Positions 11,227-25,019 of a DNA stretch of 64,000 nt are shown in pieces. Position 1 is the stretch's first letter. Each line of letters starts with the position of its first letter. The position numbers and the translations under genes were made by a program. This stretch comes from Euprymna scolopes (lineage: Eukaryota). Under the pieces are notes generated by a model. That model did not search any database. It saw only the letters and a list, made by a program, of their open reading frames with translations, and was not told where the DNA came from. The stretch is taken from assembly GCA_053919585.1 (NCBI GenBank), contig CM132797.1; one strand, written 5' to 3'.

Positions 11227-12556
11227 TATATATATATATATATATATATAAAACCACACGTGATATATTTCAACCAATCGGAGTATGTTGTTATTTTCAG
11301 CCACGACATGAAATCTAATCTAAATTCCAAATGTTTCTTTCTTTTCGCTGGAAATTCTTGTCGTCTCTCGGACATTTCCTTCTTTCTGTTCATGTGATAT
11401 CTCCTGATCTACCACAAGCATCACCAATACTAAAAACCCTACTTTCGCCGTTATTTTTTTTTTTAGATCTGTCAAAGAATATAAACTTGACGTTCTGTCT
11501 GTCTGTCTCTCTACCACGCTCATGTTTTAAATAGCATTTCCAGCATGAAATGTGTTAAACGCATAGATGGATCGGACGTATCTTATTAGTAATGCGACCG
11601 AGTATGGCTAAAAGAGGGGATGTCCGTCTCTCAGTCTACATTTTTCGTTCCTTTGTCCTATTTACTTTTGAGATAGTACTTTCTGTATATTTTTGGATTA
11701 ATACTAGGAACCAATTTACCCTTTTTCTCATCAAATACAGGATTCCACTCTTTTCGAACAATTCTGCGTGAACACCCTCAAATACTTGCCGAAATGCAAA
11801 AACAAAAAACAAACAAACTAAGCCATATTATAGAATTTAGAATTGGAAATCTGTTTAGTATATGAATTTAACGTAAAATGATCCCCCATTTCAGAATCGA
11901 GATAACTTTTAGGTCAGTTAATTAAATTTTTCGCCCCCACCCCCCGTCCAACTGGCAAGTTCATAAATCTACGCGTAATCGCTTAAAAACTTAGCCCTTC
12001 CTTCAAAAGATGCACATAAGCAATATCTTATAGTCAAGGATAGAATATTGGTCAATGGTCCTAAAACACTAAAATAATCCAAAAATTGACTCATATATTA
12101 CGTTAGATTTATCGGCGAAACCGAACCCCCACTCAAAATTTAAATATGTTTTTTTCTTTGTTTTTGTTTTTCACAGTGTTTGTTCAAGGTGTTCACACGT
12201 AATCACCAAGAAAGTAAAATTTCATTTTGAGGGGGGGGGGTGAGGAGGTAATTTTACGGATTTTATTGAGGGCGTTAATCTAATATATCACCAAATTTTC
12301 AATCGTCTGTCAAGTTTATGCTCCAAACAGTATCTTTGGCGAAACAGAATATTAAAGGTGGGCACATTATACGCACTATCAGCCACGTCGCCATTTTGTG
12401 TCTACGTGTAAGTGTGTGTACTTTTTACGGAGGGCCTTAGTTGCTTTAATTGAACCAAGAAAGCGTTTCTTTATTTTTCTTTTTGTGTTTTTTTTTCTAT
12501 GTTTTTTGTTAATTTTATTTATCAGAGACCTCAGTATATATATATTTTTGAGTTGA

Positions 12557-12595
<39 letters not shown>

Positions 12596-13683
12596 TAACC
12601 ATTACAATTATTTAAACATTTCAGCTTTATAAAATATTTCAATTTTTATAGACTTAAATTTATTTTGTTTAGTTTTAGTAACATGCAATATAAGGGAGTA
12701 GAACATTTAACAAAAAAGTACTTTAAATGTGTAAATTAAAACAAAAAAATTACTTTAAATATGTAAATTAAATTTACAATGAATAAGTATCGAAAATTTC
12801 ATGAAAATCTAATCATTAGTTGAATTTTTGCTAGATTTTTTAAACATGGGTATGTTTACGACTTCAAAATGGTCACTCCATAGGAACATTGTTTTAAGGC
12901 GTCGATAATGTAAATACGATCAAGTCTCATATTTTCATTATTTTCGTATGCTGTAATTTTTTTTAATATAAGAAGTGTTTTTGAAGCTTGTGTTAAATTG
13001 TATAATAACATGATGGTATTAAATTAAATTATAATTACATCGTGGTACATATATGGGGTTTTAAATCTGTGGCGCGCGTTGGAGGTACTTATAGAATATT
13101 CAGTGTTAAACGCGTTGATTGAATGAGCGCAAGTTTTAATAATGCATACATTCTTTCGTCGTGCTCATCGTTCCTTATGGCCCACCCCTCCCTTCGCTGC
13201 GTTTGATTATTTTTGTTTGCCTGCGTTCTGTTTACATTTCTTTCCAGAAGAAAGCGATTGTGTCGTTCGATTACCTATGTTGGCAGAATGCTATCATGGC
13301 AGACAATCAGGAAAGAAAGAAAGAAAGAAAGAAAAAGAAAGGGAAAAATCAAATATAGAAAACTCAATCTCGACCTTTACTCTGGTTTATTAGAGTTTGT
13401 ATCTTATGAACCTGTTCGATTGCTTGTGCCTTGTTGGATGAGGAGGCGGAGGCGGTCGAGATGGAGGAGGCTGAGCAGTTGCTGAAAAAAGATGGAGCTC
13501 GCAGGAAATGAGATCCACCAAAATCTGGTAGGCAGCATGGGAACCAGAATAATCGCCAAATACTTTTTTTTTTTACTTCTTTAATTATATAACATTTCAC
13601 ATTCAATTCAACCGGTATCCCCGATTTTCAATGTAATCAAACCGCGACATTCTCTTGCAATTTCGCTAATTTATTTCTTTACT

Positions 13684-14220
13684 TGCAGCCCGCCTGGCGT
13701 TGCCCGGTTGTAAAATACACTTAAATATTATATTCTAATTCACGTTGATTTTGTATTTACTATTATAGAGCCAATTGTCTGTCGATCATTATACTGTACC
13801 TGATACATAGTAGTGATTTAAAAAGTTTTAAAAATATGGCTTGGGTTCAATCAGCTAGAATCGAAATCGAAATATATAGCTCTCGAACCTTATCCGTTAG
13901 CGTATGAAGCAAATGCATAGGTATACAACAACAGCCAAATAATAACGTTGTTTAACCTATAATTTTTAATTACCGCGTACACAGAAGAAAACCGGGCATA
14001 GTGAATTTACGCCAAGTCATGGTTAATATACATGTTTTGTTTTCAATTTAACCCCTTATGAAACGATCTTACCGGCTAAAAATGTAATCGAAAGTGTGCT
14101 ACAGGTCAAAATATATTTATATATACACATATCAAATTTCATCAGTGTAGACCAAATATTCAGAGAAGAGTTTGGTAGAGGCATTTTACACTCACATTTA
14201 CAAGGTCACTTATTTATATA
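13684..14220 (-). mobile_element. Helitron-like element (related to 54369-54848)
   Basis: CCTGGCGTTGCCCGG hairpin at the left end; shared AGCTAGAATCGAA internal block. Confidence 0.5.
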
Positions 14221-14649
14221 TATATGTGTGTATAAATATTCTGTGTGCTAGAACATTTATTTCTTAAATTCTATGCAATTAAGCAAGACTTAAAAATTAT
14301 GCGTGAATAGAATTAAGCGTAATAGTGAAATAAATCAATAATATATTAAGAAAACATAAATGATTAATTAACGTTCATTTTTAAAAGGAATATACTAATT
14401 AGTTAACCTTCATGTAGTCGCTCAGATATCCATGACTGAGTATATTAAAAAGTTCGTTTTAATAATTTTTAAATCGAAAAAGTAGGGTTTCAATATCAAT
14501 GTTATAGCGAGAAAAAATTCAACTTTGAATGCATGTAAATAATATGGTTACGGCTAGACTTACACACAGATTCATTATCTCCGTTTTTACACAATATTTC
14601 ATAGTAAAAAACAAAAATAGATGCTATAACTAAAAATATGTAAAATTTA

Positions 14650-15260
14650 AAAAAATATGTTAACTTCTTTCTAATTATAGAAGAAGCGGGAAGCAAGAAA
14701 CTTTCCCTCTAAAAATATGTTAACTTCTTTCAAATTATAGAAGAAGCGGGAAGCAAGAAACTTGCTCTCTAAAAATCTGCTAACTCCTTTCAAATTATAG
14801 AAGAAGCGGGAAGCAAAAACCTTTTCCTCTAAAAATATGTTAACTTCTTTCAAATTATAGAAGAAGCGGGAAGCAAGAAACTTGCTCTCTAAAAACCTGC
14901 TAACTCCTTTCAAATTATAGAAGAAGCGGAAAGCAAGAACATTTTCCTCTAAAAATATGTTAACTTCTTTCAAATTATTGAAGAAGCCGGAAGCAAGAAA
15001 CTTGTCCTCTAAAAATCTGCTAACTTCTTTCAAATTATAGAAGAAGCGAGAAGCAAGAAACTTGCTCTCTAAAAATCTGCTAACTTCTTTCAAATTATAG
15101 AAGAAGCGGGAAGAAAGAAACTTGCCCTCTAAAAATATGTTAACTTCTTTCAAATTATAGAAGCCGGAAGCAAGAACCTTGCCCTCTAAAAATATGTTTA
15201 CTTCTTTCAAATTATAGAAGAAGCGGGAAGCAAGAAACTTGCCCTCTAAAAATATGTTAA
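14650..15260 (+). repeat. 60-bp minisatellite, about 10 copies
   Basis: Unit CAAATTATAGAAGAAGCGGGAAGCAAGAAACTTGCCCTCTAAAAATATGTTAACTTCTTT; explains the repetitive 274-aa ORF. Confidence 0.95.
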
Positions 15261-16294
15261 TTTCCCAACGAAACTTTTTGCAAAGCGAAAAATTAGAGAA
15301 AATTAACTCAAGCTTCATTATATTTTNNNNNNNNNNNNNNNNNNNNNNNNNNNNNNNNNNNNNNNNNNNNNNNNNNNNNNNNNNNNNNNNNNNNNNNNNN
15401 NNNNNNNNNNNNNNNNNNNNNNNNNNNNNNNNNNNNNNNNNNNNNNNNNNNNNNTGGACCAAAGTACTGTAGGTTTGCAACCACAGAGTCCACATATAAA
15501 TGTAATATGTCTAAACTACTAGTCACTATCTTATGTAACTTTAGAACACTATTTTAGACACATTATAATAACATCCTACACTTTAGCCTAGAGTAAGTAG
15601 TTCTGGTTTTTTCCACCTTTAATATTATGTCCTCCTTCCGCCCCCAGTCAAAATCGCGATGAACTAAACACATACTAAAGATATTGTGCTTGATCCTTTC
15701 GTAACTGGATCATAAACTCATAGCAATAACACGGTCTTTCCATTTCCCGTTAAAAAACAATAAATTCTCCCTTCGAGAATTCCACTCTTCCTCATTGACT
15801 AAGAGCTGTCAATTCGATTATACCGGAATCTAATTCTTAATACATAAACAAACGCACCAGAACTTTTAAAATATGGCGACACTCTCTACAAGAGTAATAA
15901 AAAAAGAAGAAAAAATTAAATACTGATTACTTACACTTTTCTATGCACATATTAAACACATATCATTGCCCCCCACCCAACAAAAAGAAAATCAAAACAA
16001 ATATATACGAGTATCATTATTTATTTTTCGATTTTGGAGCGGCTTATCGAACCTTACACGATGCTATTTTTTCTTTTACTTTATTTTATAACGGGGCGAT
16101 TTTTTTTAATTTTTAAAAAAATTATGTTATACTTTTTTTTACATTTACTTTTAATGTGGACGATTTAAATTAGTTACATATTTTCTTACGATTTCAGCCA
16201 TGCTACTTATTTTGTCCGTATGAGTTTTCGACTATAAGAAAAAGAAAAAGAGAGTAAGCGAGTGTGAGAGAAAAGAAGAGAGTTGGGAAAATAT

Positions 16295-16329
<35 letters not shown>

Positions 16330-17871
16330 ATAGAGAGAGAGAGAGAAAGAAAGAAAGAGAGCGAGAGATTGACGGAAATAAAAACTGGTGGAGATATTAT
16401 TCGCCGTGTAATGTTCTTTTTATGCCGAAGAAAAAACAACAAACATTTCACGGCTCAACATAATCTACAAGAGTTTTTATATTTTTATATATTTATTCCT
16501 TCTCTCTCTCTCTTTCTCTCTCTATGTATATATTATTCCCAACTCTGTATCTCTCTCTTTCTCTCTCACTCCCACCCTTTATCCCTCTCTCTAACTTGCT
16601 CGCTTTTTACATTTTTTATGCTGAAGAATTAAAAAAACATTTCACGGGGAACAATATCTACACCAGTTTTTATTTCCTCTTTTTCTCCCCCCCTCCTTCT
16701 CTCTCTGTTTTTATTTTTCCAAACTTTATCTCCCTCTTTTCTCTCACTCGCGTGCTCGCTCGCTTTTTATATTTATTTTTCTGCCGTAATAAAAACAAAT
16801 TTTACGACGTCAACATTAGCTACAACAGTTTTTATTCCCTCTCTCGCTCTCACTTTTAGCATTTCTGTTCCTGCCGAAATAAAAAGAAAACAAGCATTTT
16901 ACAGCGCAAACATTATCTACAGCAGTTTTTATCCCCTCTCTATTTTCTCTCTCTGTATCTATCTTCACCTTCTGTATATATTCTTCCGAACTCTCTTTCT
17001 CTCCCTCTGTCACTCTCCCTTCATTCTCTCGCTCGCTTTTCTCTCACTCGGATTATTATTTCTCTTGTGTGTTTCGTTGTCTGTGTTTTCGTTTTACCAT
17101 GCGATTTACTACGATAAATTTCTATCAGAAAAGCAAAAAAAAAAAAAATCCATTACCTACTTTTCATTCCGCCTTTACTTACGTATTTACAGATTGTTGT
17201 GAAACAACAACTATAGGAGATTAGGATAACAATTGGCAAATAAATTTTCTTTTACACATATTTTTTATTAATTGAAAACAGTTTGCCACACTAATTCCTT
17301 CTTAATAAAATCAATTGTGCCTTATTTTGGTGGGGGTTTCCATTTACACATACTGAGTCACAGCAACGCGTGGCCAGGTACGGTTATATATGTATACACA
17401 CACATACACACGCATATATATATATACGTATATAAAGTTTTATTATTTAAGTATATGATTTGAAAACGTTAATCTTCAAATATAGAATGTTTTATTGTTT
17501 GAAAACAAAGAATACAATTGAATAAATATATTTCCTTAACCCATGAGTTTTCGATGCTTATTCATTCCCTCAGAGGAAAAATATTAGCAACTGTTTTTAT
17601 TGTTTTGCACCTTACTTGCTAAAAGCAATAAACATAGAAAATTAAAGTTTTAAAGCTATCAAAAAATTTTAGGTACATAGAATAAAGGAAATGGACATTG
17701 AGGCAGAAAAAAGGATTTTGCACTTCATTTGCTTATCTTGTATATTGAGCTATTTTATTTAGCTGGTATTGTCTTATATAAAATACTAGCTGGCTGCTGG
17801 ACATTACTCGGTCGTAAAATACATTTAAATATGATATTTTCATTAATGCAGATATCGTATTTATTATTATG

Positions 17872-18313
17872 CTAGCCTGGGTGCCCGGTGTTGCCCGGGC
17901 GAGTAGAGGTGTGCCTTGAGCAAAAAACAAAAGAAAAATGGTAGTAGGCAGGCAGGATTGAACCCGTACCGCGAAGCAGGAAAAGAACATGAAAAACGTG
18001 ACGTCGTTGCTGTTGCGTCCATCGAAAAACCGAAAGTGGCAAAGGTTTAATTAAGCCAGTTAATCTAAAAGAGGGGATGATTTTCTAAAATATAGGCGAA
18101 AAAAGTAATCCCTCACTGTAGAAAAGCGGCCAGTTAAGAGTGAATGAATCATTGTTTTTAACCAATTGTTCGATATTTGTCGTCAGAAGGGTCGACCTTC
18201 AAAACGATACCTATCTCGTAAAAATCCGTCGCCTCTAAGGAAAGTTTTAGGCAGATATAAAAACATACATACATAGATACATTTTAACAGACAGGTGAGA
18301 TTTATATTAAAGA
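17872..18313 (-). mobile_element. Non-autonomous Helitron-like element
   Basis: CTAG plus hairpin GCCCGGTGTTGCCCGGGC at the left end; (CATA)n and GA (TC on minus) at the right end. Confidence 0.6.
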
Positions 18314-18403
18314 TTACATCTAATAATATTTTGTAAGGCCAAAAATCACTGGATTAGCATAACAGCAGATATATTTTACTTCATTATTCTAAAGTGTAAA
18401 TAA

Positions 18404-18431
<28 letters not shown>

Positions 18432-18434
<3 letters not shown>

Positions 18435-18811
18435 TATTTACAATAATAATTATTAAATACCAACAGACACTAGTGTTTCATCCTTTTGGGAATCATCAGT
18501 GCAGGCTGTCACGATTGATGCTAGTCGATAGATTCAAACAACAGCAGTCATGCCTAGCCTCATTAACAAGGACCTTAACCATTCGGCTACCGTCAACCGA
18601 GAGAGATACAATTGAAATTTTACATTTATTCTTATTAAATGCTTTCAACGTCAGTCAGAGTGATCTAATCATTATATGACGATCTGCGCGTATTAGCTAA
18701 GTTGACCGACTTTATTACAACTGGAAGTCCTCAACGATAAGAAACAAGTTTCTTAAAGGGGATGACATTATTATTTACTATAATAATTATTAAATACCTA
18801 CAGACACTAGT

Positions 18812-18815
<4 letters not shown>
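18432..18815 (-). mobile_element. Retrozyme-like unit: 337-bp period, tRNA-like head and minimal hammerhead
   Basis: Terminal direct repeat (18432-18478 vs 18769-18815); A box TAGCCGAATGGTTAAGG on minus at about 18575-18591; flanked by (TA)n on both sides. Confidence 0.75.
18460..18505 (-). ncRNA. Minimal type I hammerhead ribozyme
   Basis: CCUGCA-CUGAUGA-UUCC(caaaa)GGAU-GAAA-CACUAGUG-UC/UGUUGG. Confidence 0.82.
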
Positions 18816-18868
<53 letters not shown>

Positions 18869-19229
18869 CAAACAAGGCATATATAAAGAAATAAAAACAT
18901 GCGGTAGCAATTTTCAGAACAATAAATAAACTGCCGCCCTNNNNNNNNNNNNNNNNNNNNNNNNNNNNNNNNNNNNNNNNNNNNNNNNNNNNNNNNNNNN
19001 NNNNNNNNNNNNNNNNNNNNNNNNNNNNNNNNNNNNNNNNNNNNNNNNNNNNNNNNNNNNNNNNNNNNNNNNNNNNNNNGTAAGGGGGTTAAGATATCCA
19101 CGTATGCTTCTTGAATAGTAAATTCAATGAGTTATTTTGGAGCATAAAAGGTTGTTGTTTCTTTTATATTTCAAGCGATCCTCCGCTCATGATCACTAAA
19201 AAGTAGCGAAATGAAAATGTGCGTATTGA

Positions 19230-20125
19230 GTCAGTTGCTGGAATCTGTTTTAAATTGATAAGTAGTCAACCATCTCAACAAAAATAACCTCGTCAGTGAA
19301 ATGCAATATGGTTTCCGTTATGTTAAATATACAGCAGATGTGCTAACGGTTATATCTCATAGGATTAGCGAATCTCTCGACGAAGGCTTTCTTTTTAGGA
19401 CAATAGCCCTTAACATATAAAAGACCTTTGATAGGTATGTTTCATAAAGGTCTACTCCACAGATCCTCCAACTACAGTATAGTTGGAAGTGTATTTTTAA
19501 TTATTAAACCATTTCTCTCTGATAGGTTCATAAGAGTAGTGGTTGATGGGGAGAAATCAGAAGCCAGTTGGAACACATACATTAAGACCATTGCCAAGGT
19601 TGGTGCGAACAAGGTGGGCTCTCTCTCTCTACTGTGCTAGAAAGCTACTTACGCCTCTATCTCTATAAGGCCACCATTCACCCATGTATGGAGTACTGTT
19701 GTCACATTTGGACTGGTGCATCTGCTACTTACCAACCTAAGCTTCAGTCTCTCTGCCATAGACGAAATGTTGTGCCCCTCTGTCTGTTCTACAAGTATTT
19801 TAATGTTGAATGCTCTGACGAACTACAAGCACTTGTACCCCCTCGACGTAAATAATAACCGACAAGCAGCAAAATCCCACCCCTACACAGTAAAGATGCC
19901 TAGGTCTAAGAAAGCCTTCTACTCTAATAGTTCCTTCCCCATAACTGCTGGATTTTGAAACTCCTTTCCGGAATTCTGCTTTCCCAACTGTACTGACATG
20001 CAGAAGTTCAAGTGTAATGTGAATAGACATCTTGCTGCTCATCTCTCTTCATTATATTCCTGCAACTTATATCCCCAAGAGTAGCCCCTACTTCAAAATT
20101 CCACTGTCTTGTTAAGGATGAAAAT
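19230..20125 (+). pseudogene. CR1/L2-group LINE RT remnant (family B), internally deleted
   Basis: QYGFR, LYKATIHPCMEYCCHIW, HRRNV..LFYKYF..ECSDELQALVP motifs; family B 3' UTR. Confidence 0.85.
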
Positions 20126-20149
20126 TGAATTTTAAAAAATTTAATATAA

Positions 20150-21328
20150 AAATTAATGTCGGAATCACTCAGGGGTTCAACCTGGGCTCAGATCTCTTCC
20201 TGATCTACATAAATTATCTCCCAAATAAAATCCTTCGATCATTTGTAGACATTTATATTGAGGACACTACCATCTATGGTAATACTTCAAAAGTTATAAA
20301 CAACCAAGTTCTCTGATTCTTTCTCCTCTGATATGCAATGGGGGAAAAGGTTGCTAGTTTATTACAATGCATCTAAAACCAAGCTTTCGTCGTTCCATCA
20401 TTAACGGTCTGATCCCCGTCCGGCATCAATTGAAACGAATGGCTTTCGTCTTTGGGGAGGCTCCATGTTTTGACAAGCTTCTGGGTCTGACCTTTACTCC
20501 TGATCTGAGATGGAACACTTACATCAAATCCGTTGCCAAGGCTGCTGGAAAAATGCTGGGATCGCTCGACCGCTTCAGCAGATAATCTCACTGCTGATGC
20601 AATTCTCTTCCTGTATAAGAGTCAAGTATGTCCAGGAACAAAGTACTTTTGCAACATCTGAGCAAGAAATGCTAAAACCAGCTTATCCTACCTTGCCAAA
20701 GTTCAAAACAGAATTCGTAGCCTGGTGGGGATGCCCTTTTCTCTTTTCTATAACCTCTTTCTCACAGAAGAGACGTTGCGAGCCTGTCTCTGCTTTATAG
20801 TTATTTTCATGCTCGTCTGAGCTCAAATCTGTGGTTTTCCCTGGCCTGACTTTCACGAAAATCACTCGTCTAGCTGAAACCATTTCTCTTCCCTGCAACC
20901 TCTCTCCCACAGAAGAGACGTTGCGAGCCTGTCTTTGTTTTATCGTTACTTCCATGGCAAGTGCTCGTCTGAGCTCTAATCTCTGGTCCCATCTCCTCGC
21001 CAATCTTTCACGATAAACACCCGTCTAGCTGAAACCACTGTCAAACATTTTCCCCACTCTTTATCTGTGTCAAAACCAAAACGTAGATTCCATGAACAAA
21101 GCTTTTTTCTTAGAAGTGCACGCCTGTGGAACTCTGTTCCGTGTGCCTGTTTCCCACCTGACTACAACTTGGATGTATTCAAGTCCAACATTAACAAATT
21201 CCTGATGAACCGCCCCCTTAAGTAAGATACTTTATCAAATCTCAAGACTAACGTACTATACACGCAATAACCCGTATCCCCGAGTTGCTTCCGGGCCTTG
21301 ATAAGTAGTGACCACCTTGTAAAAAAAA
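20150..21328 (+). pseudogene. CR1/L2-group LINE remnant (family A) with a local duplication of about 140 bp
   Basis: GITQGFNLGSDLFLIYIN..YIEDTT, LLGLTFTPDLRWNTYI; 20756-20890 duplicated at about 20900-21040; poly(A) end. Confidence 0.85.
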
Positions 21329-21339
21329 CATTAACAATA

Positions 21340-21633
21340 ATTTGTCTCACTCTTTATCTGTTCCTAAGCCTAAATGTTGATTCCGTGAGCAATGCTTCTG
21401 TCTTAGAACTGCACGCCCGAGGAACTCTCTTCGGTTTTCCGGATTTCCAACTGACTACAATATGACCGTCTTCAAGTCCAACGTAAACAAGTTCTTGATG
21501 AGCCGATCCCTTTAAGTAATACATTTTACCAAATTTACACTTCTAACGATTACTATGACGCACACTCATTAACCCTTATCCTCGAGTCGTCTCCGGGCCT
21601 TCAAAGTGGTGACTCGTTTATATAAAAAAAAAA
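21340..21633 (+). mobile_element. LINE family A 3' end
   Basis: Homologous to 1-296, with poly(A). Confidence 0.85.
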
Positions 21634-21739
21634 CACTGGGTATTCATATTTTATGCTGCGCTCATTCTTTACAGCAATGTTCAAAGGAGTTCACGTGATT
21701 TATTTTTACCTTTTGAGAGAGAGAGAGCGAGAGAGAGCG

Positions 21740-21775
<36 letters not shown>

Positions 21776-22457
21776 GTGTGTACAAGCTCTAAAAATGTAC
21801 AATTTTCTATTTACCTAAACTGACTTGTTTTACGACGTTAAAAGCCTTTCATTATTTTGTTTTCCTTTTGGTTTATTACTCAGGTAATATATTGTAATGA
21901 ATGCATATAAAACATATTTAACCTTACAACAATTTAATCATTTATTTTCATACAAATTATGTATTTAAATATAAAAAAAATTTCAACTTGATGTATAATG
22001 CCAATTTATCATATAACACTGATCATATTCTCTCGCTATTTTATATGATTTTTTTATTAAAAATATTTCTTTTTTACTTTTACAGGTATGTGCAACGCCA
22101 TTTGGTAAAGTATAATTTTTTATGTTGGTTACCTGCGGTGTGTATGAGTTCGGCATGACAGGTTGAAATTTTGTCGAGGCTACTACATAGTTTTATTAAT
22201 AAACCTTTTAACGTATTAACACATATATACCCGCCTCCACACTAAATACTACAGTAGACAATATATATATTTTAGAACAATTTACACTGTAACGTCCAAA
22301 TGAAATTGTATTATAATTATAAACGTAAAAGTTGAGTTTATAGTAATGTGGAGATTAAATTTGCGTTACAAAGTTTATATTTCTGAATTTTTCAGATAAA
22401 GGATTATAATTTGCAGTATTTTGATTATTAAGACTACTGTTTTTTTTTCTTGAGTGC

Positions 22458-22508
<51 letters not shown>

Positions 22509-22537
22509 CACTATTATTACAACGTTTATTATTCTTA

Positions 22538-22750
22538 CAGGGTGACCCAACAAAAAAACAAAAGCTAAATGGAGGCCATCTAGAACATATGCTGTAGAAC
22601 GGTGAAAAAAAGGCGGAGAAACCTAGTGTTTTCATGTGATGTTTTGAATATAATAAACTAGTTATGACCAAAGTTTCATTTCATTCGCAAAAAAACACGT
22701 AGAAACAGGGCCTAATTATAGTTGGGACCCCGTTTTGTTTGGCTCACCCT

Positions 22751-22751
<1 letters not shown>
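22538..22751 (+). mobile_element. Tc1/mariner-type MITE, 214 bp
   Basis: TIRs CAGGGTGA.CCAA..AAAA, TA on both sides; copies at about 27458-27638 (-) and 37379-37590 (+). Confidence 0.85.
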
Positions 22752-22810
<59 letters not shown>

Positions 22811-22811
<1 letters not shown>

Positions 22812-23300
22812 AACGTTTTGCCTTATATAGCTTCCGACCTTCTTCAGGTGAATTTTGTCAAAATCGGGAATCTTGTTGATTTTGTGAATTTCTGAACGGC
22901 CAATTTGCTTAATTCATAGAGAAAGTAGCATGTTCTCATTCCGTTAGCCATGCCAGGTAGAAGTATTAAGTAATTCGCAATTGTATTCTAAATATCGTCC
23001 GCACTGAGGATTGAACCTGAAACTGCTAGAAGAGTTTACGTATATCTGAATTTGACCTTTATGCGTTAAGCCTCGGTCTGAATGATACAAGTAATACAAT
23101 TTTGAATTACTTAGATTTATATCCAGTCATAGATAATGGAAGGAGAACGCGCCATTCTCTGTGTGAATTAAATTACGAAATTCGTTCTAAATTCCGTACA
23201 GATTGACGAATACGACAAAATGATTCCTGATTTCGATGATACACATGAATAAGATCGGAAGTTACATCGGCCGAAATGTTGTAAGAATAACACGCAAGAT
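22811..23300. repeat. Old head-to-head inverted pair of PLE-type hammerhead-like units
   Basis: Diverged arms of about 190-210 bp ending in CTGAAGAAGGTCGG...(G/A)AAACGTTG-like motifs; B-box-like GGATTGAACC in the spacer. Confidence 0.65.
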
Positions 23301-24424
23301 GAGAATAGTAATCTTCATAATCTAAATAATACGAATTATAAATAATACATATTATTTTTCCTCCAAATGAGATATAATATAAAATTTGTTCACGCAAAAC
23401 GCTGGTATATGGAACCTATCCTCGGGGTAGCTGGGTGGCTTCTCTTTTGTTTTTACTAGTCAGATTCAGAGAATATTGAGAATTAATCGGGGTCAGATCT
23501 CTTTCCTAGGAGAGTATCTCTGGGTAAATCCCCTCTTATCTTTAAAGATACGGTAAAATGCTAATGTATGTAGTCCGAACAATCCAAATAATGAAAATTA
23601 TATAAACGTATTATTTCTAAGGAAATGATACCATAAAAAGTTAGTTATGAAGGTAGACGACGAAAGTAAGGTCGGAGGTTACATCGGCAGAAACGTTGTG
23701 AGAATAACATTCAAGATGAAAACAGTAGTCTAAAATATACAAACACTGCAAAACTCTGCTTAGAAGATTCTGTTGTCTAAGACGGCATCCATTAACCCAT
23801 GCATGCACGCACTCTAATTCGTCCAAATCTTACAGGCTTCAGAAATATTTTTTATCGAAAAAACAGATAAAAACGAACGGAATGTTTTAATAAAAAGAAA
23901 CATGAAATAAATATAAAATTGGCGGTTTTTGCCAAATGAGATTTTAAGAGAAAGAAATTAAGTTGTTGTTTGAAGGCGAGACGTGTCGTGTTTTTCATTT
24001 GCAAATCAATGAACAAAAGCTGAATAAAATCTACCGGCAATTTTCTCTCCTAAACAATGTTTATTTTCTATTTCTGCTTTCTTCTCAGGTCCCGACAACA
24101 CAGAGAGAACGGAATAGAATAACAATTCCGACAAGCAATTATTATAAACAAGGCTACGGATGTAAATTTATTCTGGTTTTAAACACATTGGACGAAGACA
24201 AATTCGAACAGTAAAGTTGTGAGCGATTTTTTGACGAATATTGCGCTTATTTTATAAGAAAGAGAGAAAAAAAAATTGTTATGGAAAGAAACATGAGTAC
24301 TGGTTTTGCTGCATAAGAGTAAAGGCAGGAAGTTAATAAATATCATGATTATATATATATATACATACACACAGACACCCACACAGACACCCCCCCACAT
24401 ATATATGTATATATATGCACACAC

Positions 24425-24464
<40 letters not shown>

Positions 24465-24704
24465 TATATATATATACATAATTTAAAGGGAGGGTTAAAA
24501 CAGTAGTGATAGTAAAATTACTAATTTAATTAAAATACAAGAAAAGAACAGTGCTCGTTGTAATTCAGATATATAATAAGCTCGATAGGAAAATATCCTA
24601 GAGCTACTTTAATATTTAGTAATGTGATTGATAATTTAAAATTCAAATTAGAATTAAAAATTAAAAATCTGTTTCATAAGAAGGAACAACAACAAAGTCA
24701 ATAA

Positions 24705-24809
24705 TTTGTACGATCGTTTCGGAAACGATGTTTTTATTGTGATAGACATTAAGCCACGCACAATAATTTTGACACAGTTTTTTTAAAACAAAGTCTCCTC
24801 ATCATCAAA
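24705..24809 (-). ncRNA. Decayed hammerhead with a long stem II insert
   Basis: UUUG-AUGAUGA-GGAGAC(66 nt)GUUUCC-GAAA-CGAUCG-UA/CAAA; C3 changed to A. Confidence 0.6.
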
Positions 24810-24965
24810 AGTATTGGGTGGGTTTGTTTTATATGTAAAAGACACCATAAATAAATCTAGCAATTTTTAAGTAAGGCAGATGTATCTTTTAATTGTTCGC
24901 CTTTTGAAAACCGTAATTATCGTACAAAGCATTCATTTTGATGTTGATTGTAGCTTATAAATGTA

Positions 24966-25019
<54 letters not shown>

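Noticed and set aside
13393-13511. Possible host exon (ALLDEEAEAVEMEEAEQLLKKDGARRK*)
   Set aside because: Short, no recognisable domain, no linked exons; needs RNA-seq
22086-24161. Splice-like signals (TTTTACAG at 22085, TTCTCAG at 24088) suggesting small exons
   Set aside because: No coherent reading frame or homology; such signals are common by chance in AT-rich DNA
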